From Calditrichia bacterium (lineage in GTDB: Bacteria; Calditrichota; Calditrichia; RBG-13-44-9; J075): a stretch of 64,000 bases of DNA. Positions 39,139-47,969 of the stretch are shown piece after piece. The stretch spans positions 182,520 to 246,519 of the forward strand of contig JBOEGD010000002.1 of assembly GCA_050633245.1 (NCBI GenBank), written 5' to 3'. Both the position numbers and the translations under genes were made by a program. The notes beneath the pieces are model-generated. The model searched no databases and was not told the origin of the DNA. It was given only the letters and a program-made list of their open reading frames with translations. Position 1 is the stretch's first letter. Each line of letters starts with the position of its first letter.

Positions 39139-39834
39139 TTAACCGTTTTCAGCATTTAGCTTAGCAAACTGATCACGAGTACACTCCGGACAGATACCAT
39201 GACTAAAATCGGCTTCAGAATGGTCACGAATATATTCTTCAACCTGGCTCCAAAATCCCTGATCATCGCGAATGCGTTTACAATGCGCACAGATAGGTAA
39301 AAAGCCACTTAGAAGCTTCACTTTGGAAAGGGCGTCTTCCAGTTTGTGGATCAGTCGGTTTTTTTGCCTTTCAGCACGACGGCGCTCTTTCGTTTCGCGC
39401 AGGTTAATCAGGGTCGCTTGCTTGCCTTCCCACTCAATTAATGAAGCAGTCAGATCCATTAAAATTACACGTCCACCGGAATTCGCAAATTTCTGATCCG
39501 TAAGAACAGCATCGAAGGAATGGGTGCGGTGCATAATTTGATCGACATTTTCCACAGTCTCATTTTCAGGAAAAAGAGATGAAAAAGGGCGCCCCAAAAG
39601 ACTATTTGCATCATAGCCTAAGTAATGTTCAACACAGCTGCTGACAAACTGGATTTCAGTGCTCCTATTATCAATTATAATGTTGATATCCAGAGAATGT
39701 TGAAAGATTTCTGAAAGCGCAGCGGCTCTACTGCGCAGCCCATCCCGTTCGGCCTTCACTTCTTCAAGTTCGAGCTCGAGCTCTTCTAATCTGGATACCA
39801 TTGTCAGTTCTTCAAACTTATTATCAGACATCAT
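39139..39834 (-). CDS. PAS protein with C-terminal CxxC...H..CPxC motif
   Basis: N-terminal coiled coil, PAS, then LPICAHCKRIRDDQGFWSQVEEYIRDHSEADFSHGICPEC. Confidence 0.85.
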   Translation of the reverse strand: MMSDNKFEELTMVSRLEELELELEEVKAERDGLRSRAAALSEIFQHSLDINIIIDNRSTEIQFVSSCVEHYLGYDANSLLGRPFSSLFPENETVENVDQIMHRTHSFDAVLTDQKFANSGGRVILMDLTASLIEWEGKQATLINLRETKERRRAERQKNRLIHKLEDALSKVKLLSGFLPICAHCKRIRDDQGFWSQVEEYIRDHSEADFSHGICPECTRDQFAKLNAENG

Positions 39835-40135
39835 GTCTCCATTTGGTTTACTTCCATGTAGTCGAAACCAATTTTCGCCTCAACGATTAACAGAATCGAC
39901 CACCACCGATCTGGTACTTAGAAAAAATGTGTTTTAGGGACAAGCTTTGCCGATTTAGCCATCTCCTTTAAAGAGAAACCAACGACGTTCTTTCTGTCAA
40001 GCTTAGAAAAAGAACCACACTGTGCCAGAATTAAAGATATTTGCAAGATCACCGATTATAATGCAACGACACCGTTAAACGCTGCAGGCCAGGTTAAGCT
40101 AATAGTAAAGACTAATTTTCGCCGGGGGACATGAG

Positions 40136-41119
40136 ATGGGTAGAGAAACAATACAGATATTACTTATCGAAGACAATCCCGGCGATGTGGCCTACTTTCA
40201 AAGTATTTTGGAAGGAGAAGACCAAGCGCAATTTTCTATTCAATGGGTAGAGACGATTGCTGAGGGTATTTCACTCGCCCGTAAGTGCGAGGTTGACATC
40301 ATTTTATTAGACCTTACCCTTCCCGGAAGTAGCGGGGTCGACACATTTCGTCGCCTATATGAATATATTAACGACAGACCCATTGTTGTTTTAACCGGAA
40401 ATATAGATGAGCAACTTGCTATAGAGATGATGTCTGAAGGTATTCAGGATTATATCTACAAAGGCCATTTAAATGCTCAAATGATAAAACGAGTTATTCG
40501 TTATAGCATCGAAAGACACTTCATGCAAGCCAAGTTAAGGGCAAAAGAGAGTCATTTTGAGGCCATCATTAATGCCAGCACAGATGGTATAATCCTGGTG
40601 GATGATCAGAATGTTATTCAGTTGTCTAATCCTGCGGCAAAGAAACTACTCGCCCACGAGCAAACCGGTATTGTCGGTTCAACCTTCGACTACGACATGC
40701 GCATTGGCCAACAGAATCGGTTCAGTATTAATGAAGAAAATGGTGGTCAATTAACCATCGAGATGAATACGATTGAGATGGAATGGCACAACAGAGATGT
40801 TTATTTAGTTTTATTGTACGATATCACCGCTCGACAGAAAGCAGAAGAGGCCATTAAGAATGCTCATGCCATACAGAATGTGCAAGAATTTGCCGGGGCA
40901 ATATGCCATGAGTTTTCGCAACCAATACAAATTTTATCCGGTTTATTTAGTATAAGGCTCGAAGACTATCCGACGTGTGAAGAAACTCAAATTGGTGTAA
41001 AAATGATAGACAGAATCAGTGAACTGGTAAAATGCATCGGGAGTATTGAGCGTTTGGAACGGCAGGAATATCTGGATTCGTATATTCTTGATATTAAGAA
41101 ATCTGTCGGTACTATCTAA
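40136..41119 (+). CDS. REC-PAS-HisKA protein lacking an HATPase domain
   Basis: LLIEDNPGD...LLDLTLP; PAS; AICHEFSQP; protein ends about 65 aa later. Confidence 0.85.
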   Translation: MGRETIQILLIEDNPGDVAYFQSILEGEDQAQFSIQWVETIAEGISLARKCEVDIILLDLTLPGSSGVDTFRRLYEYINDRPIVVLTGNIDEQLAIEMMSEGIQDYIYKGHLNAQMIKRVIRYSIERHFMQAKLRAKESHFEAIINASTDGIILVDDQNVIQLSNPAAKKLLAHEQTGIVGSTFDYDMRIGQQNRFSINEENGGQLTIEMNTIEMEWHNRDVYLVLLYDITARQKAEEAIKNAHAIQNVQEFAGAICHEFSQPIQILSGLFSIRLEDYPTCEETQIGVKMIDRISELVKCIGSIERLERQEYLDSYILDIKKSVGTI

Positions 41120-41504
41120 AAAATAAAACCATTACAGATTCGCACGTCAGTAGCACCCGAAGAGAACACAAAAAACCCCTCATCACAGCTGCAATTGAAT
41201 AAAATTAAGTAACTCAGACTAAATCTTCTGAAGCGACGGTTATAGGCATCAATATCCAACCAATTTTGTCTCAGATGTAAGTCATGTTAGAGATACTTTA
41301 TCGCAGCAGAAGGTGATTTTGACAATGACTTAATTACAATAGTAGTATGCAAATACCCGAACATCGTTTGGAAAGAAACACGTAATTCAAGTGGCTGCGC
41401 ATTGTACAGAATGTGCAGCGCAATGAAGTGTTCTATTGCCCCAAACTTGTCGAGCATGGGATCTCTACCGTTCACATTTACAAGATACAAGACTGGAGAG
41501 AATA

Positions 41505-42989
41505 ATGGCTGGCTCTAAGAAACAGATTGTAGAGAAAGATAAAGCGTGGTTCATTGCAGTCCTCAATGCCATTGATGACTTGATTTTGGTAAAGGGTGAT
41601 AAATCAAGACTAAAGTGGGCGAATAAGGCTTTCCTTGACTATTATGGGATGACGGAAGAGAGCATTGAAGGCATTATAGATGGAGAACACAGCGATCCCG
41701 ATAATACAATTAAATACGTTAGGGACGACCATTATGTCTTTACAACCGGTAAAACGCTGAGAATAAATGAACCCATAATCAATGCCTCGGGCGCCACAGA
41801 GTATTTTCAGACAATAAAAACACCCTTAAGAGAGAATAATGATGCAATAACCGGAACTGTAGGTGTCTGCCGCCTGATAGAAGACAGAGAGATTATCGAA
41901 TCAGCAAGGAAAGATCATAAGGTTGACAAGGTATCAATGGGGGAGTTGCAAACCTTAATCCAAAGTATTCCGCTTCCTGTCGCAATGCTCGATGTTAAAC
42001 AACGGATAATAGCACAAAGTCAGAAATGGCAGAACATCTTTCAGCGATCAGATAAATCACTAATCAGTGAAGAATATAGCCAGACCTGCAATTTTTTTCT
42101 GCCTCTTGCCAAAGAACTTGATGTGGCGATTAACAGGGGTCATCCTATTTCAAAGGAAGCTATCCCTATTACTCTAAACTCTGATGAGAGACTTATTTTC
42201 AATGTTCAGATACAACCCTGGAGAATTGGTGGCGGGGATATTGGTGGAGTAATTGTATTACTTTATGACATCACAAGGTTAAAGTTGAATGAGCAAAGAT
42301 TGACGATCGCCAATGATGAATTGGCTCAATTTAACTATCGTGTATCCCATGATTTACTAGCCCCCCTAAGGTCGATGAAAGGGCTTGTAAATATCTGTGA
42401 GACATCTCTTGATGAGGGCAATTATAAACTGGCACAAAAAATGGTGGGACAGGTTACCGAGAATATAGACAAGCTGAGTACACTTATTCAAGATATGTTG
42501 AATCTGGCTCGCTCGGATGTCATGAAGGTCCAAAAAGAATCTGTTCACCTAAAAGACATAATCCAGAACATACTAAGTATGCATGGACACGCAATTCGGA
42601 GCAACCAAATCTCAGTTGAGATTCTTATTCCCGAAAATTTTGAGCTACAGCTCGAGAAAGTTCGAGTTCTTCAAATTCTTGAAAACCTTGTGGCAAATGC
42701 GATAAAATTCTTCGACCCGGAATGTAAAGACAGAATAATTAAGATTCGGGCCAGCAAAGAAAATAACGTATTAACCACAAACGTGATTGATAATGGTATA
42801 GGTGTGCCGAGCACCTTAAAAGATAGCATCTTTGAAATTTTTGAACGGGGTTCTTCCAAACATTCCGGTAGTGGCTTGGGCTTATATATTGTCAAGAAAC
42901 ACCTCTTGAAACTTAATGGTTCCATTAGGTTGATTCAGGATGACCAGGGCTTTGCCACAAATTTTGAAGTTGTAATTCCACTCATTTAG
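41505..42989 (+). CDS. PAS-PAS sensor histidine kinase
   Basis: GGAGAG RBS; two PAS domains; SHDLLAP, NLVANAIKF, DNGIG, GSGLGL. Confidence 0.92.
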   Translation: MAGSKKQIVEKDKAWFIAVLNAIDDLILVKGDKSRLKWANKAFLDYYGMTEESIEGIIDGEHSDPDNTIKYVRDDHYVFTTGKTLRINEPIINASGATEYFQTIKTPLRENNDAITGTVGVCRLIEDREIIESARKDHKVDKVSMGELQTLIQSIPLPVAMLDVKQRIIAQSQKWQNIFQRSDKSLISEEYSQTCNFFLPLAKELDVAINRGHPISKEAIPITLNSDERLIFNVQIQPWRIGGGDIGGVIVLLYDITRLKLNEQRLTIANDELAQFNYRVSHDLLAPLRSMKGLVNICETSLDEGNYKLAQKMVGQVTENIDKLSTLIQDMLNLARSDVMKVQKESVHLKDIIQNILSMHGHAIRSNQISVEILIPENFELQLEKVRVLQILENLVANAIKFFDPECKDRIIKIRASKENNVLTTNVIDNGIGVPSTLKDSIFEIFERGSSKHSGSGLGLYIVKKHLLKLNGSIRLIQDDQGFATNFEVVIPLI

Positions 42990-43013
42990 TTCGTCAGCTA
43001 AGCAGGAGGAAAT

Positions 43014-43418
43014 ATGGGGTCAATTTTAATAATCGATGATAATGATGCGGATATTTATATTTCCCAGTATTACTTAGAGAGATCTGAGTTTTTTAATCAT
43101 ATTTATAGCGCTTCTGACGGACAAGAAGCCTGGGAACTCTTCGAAGATTTTCCACCGCCAAAAGCGAGTCATCCGAAAGGCTTTCCGCCCCAAATAATAC
43201 TACTTGATATAAATATGCCACTTATGAATGGGTTTGACTTTTTAGAAAAGCTAACAGATAAAAAGCTTAATGAAGAACCTCTCATCGTCATTATGTTGAC
43301 ATCTTCAAATAACGATCTGGACAAAAAAAAGGCAAAAAAATTCCCGATGGTTAAGGACTATTTTGTCAAGCCTCTTAAAGAGGAAGGCGTTGAAAAGCTG
43401 ATCAAAATGCTACAGTAG
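43014..43418 (+). CDS. Single-domain response regulator
   Basis: IIDDN, LLDINMP, MLTSS, VKP. Confidence 0.92.
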   Translation: MGSILIIDDNDADIYISQYYLERSEFFNHIYSASDGQEAWELFEDFPPPKASHPKGFPPQIILLDINMPLMNGFDFLEKLTDKKLNEEPLIVIMLTSSNNDLDKKKAKKFPMVKDYFVKPLKEEGVEKLIKMLQ

Positions 43419-43469
43419 TCGTTCTTACTTTCCTAAACAAAAACGCCAGAGTCCAAGGCAATGTGGCGA

Positions 43470-43901
43470 TTAATTCGCATCGGCGGGGATCTCTGCAATT
43501 ACCTTTAACTCTATGGCGATTGGCGTTGGCAAAGAATTAATTTCTACTGTTGTTCGACAAGGCTGATTGCTTTTGAAATATTCCGCATAGATGCGATTAT
43601 ATGTTGCAAAGTCGTTCTTCATATTCGTTAGAAATACTGTTACATCAACAATATGCTCCCAGGACGAACCAATATCTTCCAAAATATAGCGTACATTTTG
43701 AAAAACAGAATGGCATTGCTCTTCGATATTATACGCTATCACCTCTCCGTTTTCATCCAGCGCTACGCCGGGAATATCCACGCTATCGGCAGACCGCGGT
43801 CCAACTCCTGAAAGAAACCAGAGATTTCCAACGCGACGAGCATGAGGATAAAGCCCTACCGGCTTCGGCGCACGCTCGGAGTGTCTTTTATCTTCAGCCA
43901 T
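43470..43901 (-). CDS. RidA-family protein, probable 2-aminomuconate deaminase
   Basis: PVGLYPHARRVG, PCRTTVEI, LPTPIAIELK; directly downstream of the ALDH. Confidence 0.85.
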   Translation of the reverse strand: MAEDKRHSERAPKPVGLYPHARRVGNLWFLSGVGPRSADSVDIPGVALDENGEVIAYNIEEQCHSVFQNVRYILEDIGSSWEHIVDVTVFLTNMKNDFATYNRIYAEYFKSNQPCRTTVEINSLPTPIAIELKVIAEIPADAN

Positions 43902-43917
43902 AATTCAATCCTCTTTG

Positions 43918-45360
43918 TTACAGTTTAATACAGACATTCTTTTGTTCGGTAAAAAAGCGTAGTGCTTCCCAGCCACCTTCTCTTCCAACACCAGAGCTTT
44001 TAGTGCCACCAAAAGGTGTTCGCAAATCACGAATCATCCAGCAATTTATCCAAACAACGCCAGCCGCAATCTTTTCAGCCATGCGATGCGCGCGCGATAT
44101 ATTTTGCGTCCAAAGAGAGGCGCTCAGGCCATACTGCGTACTGTTTACAAATTTTAAAACGTCTGCTTCATTTTTGAAAGGAGTCAGCGTCACAACCGGT
44201 CCAAAGATCTCTTCCTGATTGGTACGGCAATCATACGAGAGCCCTTCAACAACTGTAGGCGCAATAAACCAGCCGTTTTTGCATCGACCTTCCACGTCTA
44301 CCGCCTCGCCGCCACATAGGATTTTACCACCTTCTTCTCTGGCAAGCTGAATATGCGACAGCACTTTGTCATAGTGCGATTTTGATACGATCGCCCCCTG
44401 CTCAGTTTCTTCCTCAAGAGGATCGCCGACCCGAAGCTCCGAGACACGTTTAACAAAGTCGGTCTTAAAGCGTTCGTACATAGACTCTTCAATAAAAATC
44501 CGAGAGCCGCAAAGGCAAATTTGCCCCTGATTGCTAAAGGCAGAAGTTACAGCTGTTTCCAGCATTTTTTCATACTCACAATCGGCAAAAATGATCGTAG
44601 GATTCTTTCCACCCAACTCCAAAGAGACTTTTTTAAATTTGGGTGCAGCTTTCGTTGCGATTTCTTGACCTGTTTTCGTTCCACCAGTAAAAGAAATAAT
44701 TGGAATATCCTTATGTGCCGTCATTGCACTACCGACTTTCGTACCATAACCATGAACAATATTCAGGACTCCTGCCGGCAAACCCGCTTCGCGGGAAATT
44801 TCACCGAGCAATGAGGCCGTCATAGGAGTAACTTCAGAGGGCTTGGCCAAAACACAATTGCCCGTTGCTATCGCCGGGGCAATTTTCCAGGTAAATAAAT
44901 AAAGCGGCAGGTTCCATGGAGAAATACAGCCCGCCACACCGATTGGCCGACGTAGCGTGTAGTTAATGGCATTTCCCGGCATATCATGCGCTTCGCTTGC
45001 AAAATGCTGAATGGCACCTGCAAAAAATTCAAAGTTCCGGGCGGCACGTGGGATTTCAATTGTACGCGCTCGCTTCAGGGTCTTCCCATTGTCAATCGAT
45101 TCTGCAAGCGCAAAGTCTTCAAGGCGGTCGCGAATTCCTACTGCAATTCGATTAAGAATTTCAGCTCGATTTTGCGGTGGTGTTGCTGACCATTCAGGGA
45201 ATGCTCGTTTTGCGGCATTAACTGCTAGTACGACATCACGGCGATCAGAAGCGGCAACTTCGGCATAAACTGCGCCTGTAGATGGATTTACTGACGGGAT
45301 ATATTCATTTGACAATGGCGGAACATACTCACCATTAATAAAGTTATTTATTTTTCTCAT
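43918..45360 (-). CDS. 2-aminomuconate-6-semialdehyde dehydrogenase (ALDH8/HMSADH type)
   Basis: ISPWNLPLYLFTWKIAPA, LELGGKN, NQGQICLCGSR, EEIFGPV, RDLRTPFGG. Confidence 0.9.
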   Translation of the reverse strand: MRKINNFINGEYVPPLSNEYIPSVNPSTGAVYAEVAASDRRDVVLAVNAAKRAFPEWSATPPQNRAEILNRIAVGIRDRLEDFALAESIDNGKTLKRARTIEIPRAARNFEFFAGAIQHFASEAHDMPGNAINYTLRRPIGVAGCISPWNLPLYLFTWKIAPAIATGNCVLAKPSEVTPMTASLLGEISREAGLPAGVLNIVHGYGTKVGSAMTAHKDIPIISFTGGTKTGQEIATKAAPKFKKVSLELGGKNPTIIFADCEYEKMLETAVTSAFSNQGQICLCGSRIFIEESMYERFKTDFVKRVSELRVGDPLEEETEQGAIVSKSHYDKVLSHIQLAREEGGKILCGGEAVDVEGRCKNGWFIAPTVVEGLSYDCRTNQEEIFGPVVTLTPFKNEADVLKFVNSTQYGLSASLWTQNISRAHRMAEKIAAGVVWINCWMIRDLRTPFGGTKSSGVGREGGWEALRFFTEQKNVCIKL

Positions 45361-45399
45361 ACAAATCTTTCTGATTTTGTTGCTAAAAATATGGCTTTT

Positions 45400-46179
45400 C
45401 TATAAGCACATTAGTCTTCCACCGTCTACGGGTAAATTAATTCCGCTAATATACGACGCAGCAGGCGAGGCTAAAAAACCCACTGCATTGGCTATTTCAG
45501 AAGGGTCGCCAAATCGTTTCATTGGGATGGCTGCTGCCCAGGCTTTTTCTTCTGCCGCAATGTCGCGCTGTGCCTGTTTGGCGCGAACACCAATGACTTC
45601 TGCGAGACGCTCTGTCGAGGTTGCTCCTGGCAAGACGTTATTTACAGTTACTCCAAAAGCCGCCACTTCACCAGCCAGGGTTTTTGCCCAATTGGCAACT
45701 GCCGCACGAATGGTGTTCGAAACACCTAACCCGGCAATGGGTTGCTTTACACTGGTAGAAATAATATTTACGATACGTCCATAGCCATCTTCCTTCATCC
45801 CGGGCAAAAGCGCCTGTGCCAAAATCTGATTACAAAGAAGATGATTATTAAAGGCAGATTTAAAGGCCTCTAATTTGGCATCTTGAATCGGGCCTCCCGG
45901 TGGACCACCGGTATTATTGATTAATACAGAGATCGGGTCTTCCTGAAAAAGAGGCTGTTGCAACAGAGCGGCAAGCTCTGTCGGCTGTGAGAAGTCTGCA
46001 ACTTGATATTGATGTCCATCTCCAGGCAAATCGCTACTTACCTGCTCCAGCGCAGTGCTGTTGCGCGCCATTAAAACAACACGTGCCCCCTGCGAGGCAA
46101 GCTGGAAGGCAATTGCTCTTCCAATACCTTTACTACTTCCGCAGACCAGCGCCCGCTTACCAGTTAAATCCAGATTCAT
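45400..46179 (-). CDS. Atypical SDR oxidoreductase (no catalytic Tyr)
   Basis: GSSKGIG, NNTGGP; SNTIR in place of YxxxK; GAGGA RBS before ATG 46179. Confidence 0.9.
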   Translation of the reverse strand: MNLDLTGKRALVCGSSKGIGRAIAFQLASQGARVVLMARNSTALEQVSSDLPGDGHQYQVADFSQPTELAALLQQPLFQEDPISVLINNTGGPPGGPIQDAKLEAFKSAFNNHLLCNQILAQALLPGMKEDGYGRIVNIISTSVKQPIAGLGVSNTIRAAVANWAKTLAGEVAAFGVTVNNVLPGATSTERLAEVIGVRAKQAQRDIAAEEKAWAAAIPMKRFGDPSEIANAVGFLASPAASYISGINLPVDGGRLMCL

Positions 46180-46186
46180 ACGATCC

Positions 46187-47287
46187 TCACTTTGCGTCGT
46201 TTGCAGAAAAATAAAATCCCAGATTACGTTCAACGTTCTCAGGCAGCTTCGGCAATAATGATCGCGGAACCAAAAAGGTAGACAAGTTGAACAGATCGGC
46301 AAAAACCCGATGACTTTCAGCCGTAGACTTCAGGTAGCTATAGCCGGAGGAACCGCCCGTTCCCGTTTTACGGCCTATCATTCGCAATACCATCAGCGCA
46401 TGGCGATAACGCCAGGTGGACAGTAACTCGTCCATATCGACAATAAGATTTAGCAGACGGAACGGCAGGTGTAATATCGGCTGATCGCGATAGAGATGAA
46501 TTAATAACCCCGCCATGGTAGCTTTATAAGACAGACGACGACGTCCTTCAGCAATTAACAGATTATGTTTCTCCGGATCAAAAATTGAGTGAAAATGTTT
46601 CTCGGTTGCGTTCATCATTTGTAGACGTTGCTCTTCTTCTTCCTTTGGCAAATCCGCATCTGTAATCGCCTCACGTTCCTGCTTTAATAACGTTTCAACC
46701 GCACCGCGATAGACATCTGCAAAATTAAACTCGTCCATGTCCAAAAAAGGTATGCGTTCCAGCCACTGTTGCAGGAGCAGGAAAAGCGATGGCTGCGCCT
46801 CTGCTGTCATTAGCAACTCGCGATCTTTATCAGCAAACATCTGATGATATGCCTGCTTGCTATAGCGTATTCGGTTATCGGTCTCCAATCCGAGCTTTAT
46901 CTCCAAGATGCGAAACTGTAGGCTTTGAAAGCCAGAGGCCGGGGTCAGATAATTGCGAAACTCCAGAAAATCCAGAGGCGTCATTGTCTCCAAAATACGA
47001 ATCTGATCAATCAATACCTTTTGGATTTCTACAACTCGATTGAGGCGTGATACTGCCACTCCGATGCGCTTCTCATCAACAAAGTCGTTCTGAAACATCT
47101 GTAAAACGCTTTCAAGCTCATGAAGAATCTGCTTAAACCAAAGTTCATATGTTTGGTGGATGATAATAAACAACGTCTCGTCATGAGCAGGCTCACCGAA
47201 TTCGGCGCTCTTGCGATCCTGGCTGTCCAATATTTTTTCCAGCCCTAAATAGCTGCCATAATCAACAGGTTCACGCTTTTTCTTCAT
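46187..47287 (-). CDS. kynA: Tryptophan 2,3-dioxygenase (long form)
   Basis: YGSYL, HDETLFIIIHQTYELWFKQ, PASGFQSLQFR, RMIGRKTGTGGSSG. Confidence 0.96.
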   Translation of the reverse strand: MKKKREPVDYGSYLGLEKILDSQDRKSAEFGEPAHDETLFIIIHQTYELWFKQILHELESVLQMFQNDFVDEKRIGVAVSRLNRVVEIQKVLIDQIRILETMTPLDFLEFRNYLTPASGFQSLQFRILEIKLGLETDNRIRYSKQAYHQMFADKDRELLMTAEAQPSLFLLLQQWLERIPFLDMDEFNFADVYRGAVETLLKQEREAITDADLPKEEEEQRLQMMNATEKHFHSIFDPEKHNLLIAEGRRRLSYKATMAGLLIHLYRDQPILHLPFRLLNLIVDMDELLSTWRYRHALMVLRMIGRKTGTGGSSGYSYLKSTAESHRVFADLFNLSTFLVPRSLLPKLPENVERNLGFYFSANDAK

Positions 47288-47416
47288 TTTTGTGCTCCGG
47301 ATTTTTGCGATAGGCGTAAGTTTACAGTATTGCTGATGAAAAGACAAGTGCTTAGCGAATACAATTGCCAAGCGTGCGGACACGTCTTAAGTTTAGAGTC
47401 AAAAACTGAGAGGAGT

Positions 47417-47620
47417 ATGAGTTTGACAATAACAGGCAAATTTTCCAGGGAAATCCTGACTCATTTCAACTGCTGTTTCTGCAATCGCTGGTGGAGTATC
47501 GGAGATTGTGATACCAAACGAGTCGAGTGGTATTGTCCATGGTGTGGTAAAAAACAGCGTTGTGAAGAAATAAGCAAAAGTGAAGAGAATTCCGACTCTA
47601 GCTTGCAATCATCCGGTTGA
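47417..47620 (+). CDS. Small Cys-rich zinc-ribbon-like protein
   Basis: GAGGAG RBS; HFNCCFCNRWWSI...WYCPWCG; overlaps the convergent gene by 23 bp. Confidence 0.55.
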   Translation: MSLTITGKFSREILTHFNCCFCNRWWSIGDCDTKRVEWYCPWCGKKQRCEEISKSEENSDSSLQSSG

Positions 47621-47969
47621 GTTCTTCCCGGATATCAACCAGATGAAAAGGTTTTGCAATAAAGCGGTCATTGCTGCTTTCAAGATGTTCCAGCAATGCG
47701 TTTTCGGGCTCATAGCCAGAGGTAAAAAGCACTTTACCTTCAAGGTAAGGATAGCGTTTTCGTATTTCACCGGCCAAGATCAAACCATTGGCATCGGGGA
47801 GGGTAAGATCGACAATGGCAAGCGCAACCTGATGTTCTGCCAATAACTCAAAAGTCTCTAATTCATTGGAGGCGATCAATGCTTTCGCACCATGCAGCTT
47901 AATAATCTCTCTTAACAATGAAGAGATGTGTTCCTCATCCTCAATTACAAGTATGTAGTCGTTGTTCAT
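47598..47969 (-). CDS. Single-domain response regulator
   Basis: VIEDE, VDLTLPD, TSG, KPF; ATGA overlap with the gatB stop. Confidence 0.88.
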   Translation of the reverse strand: MNNDYILVIEDEEHISSLLREIIKLHGAKALIASNELETFELLAEHQVALAIVDLTLPDANGLILAGEIRKRYPYLEGKVLFTSGYEPENALLEHLESSNDRFIAKPFHLVDIREELNRMIAS

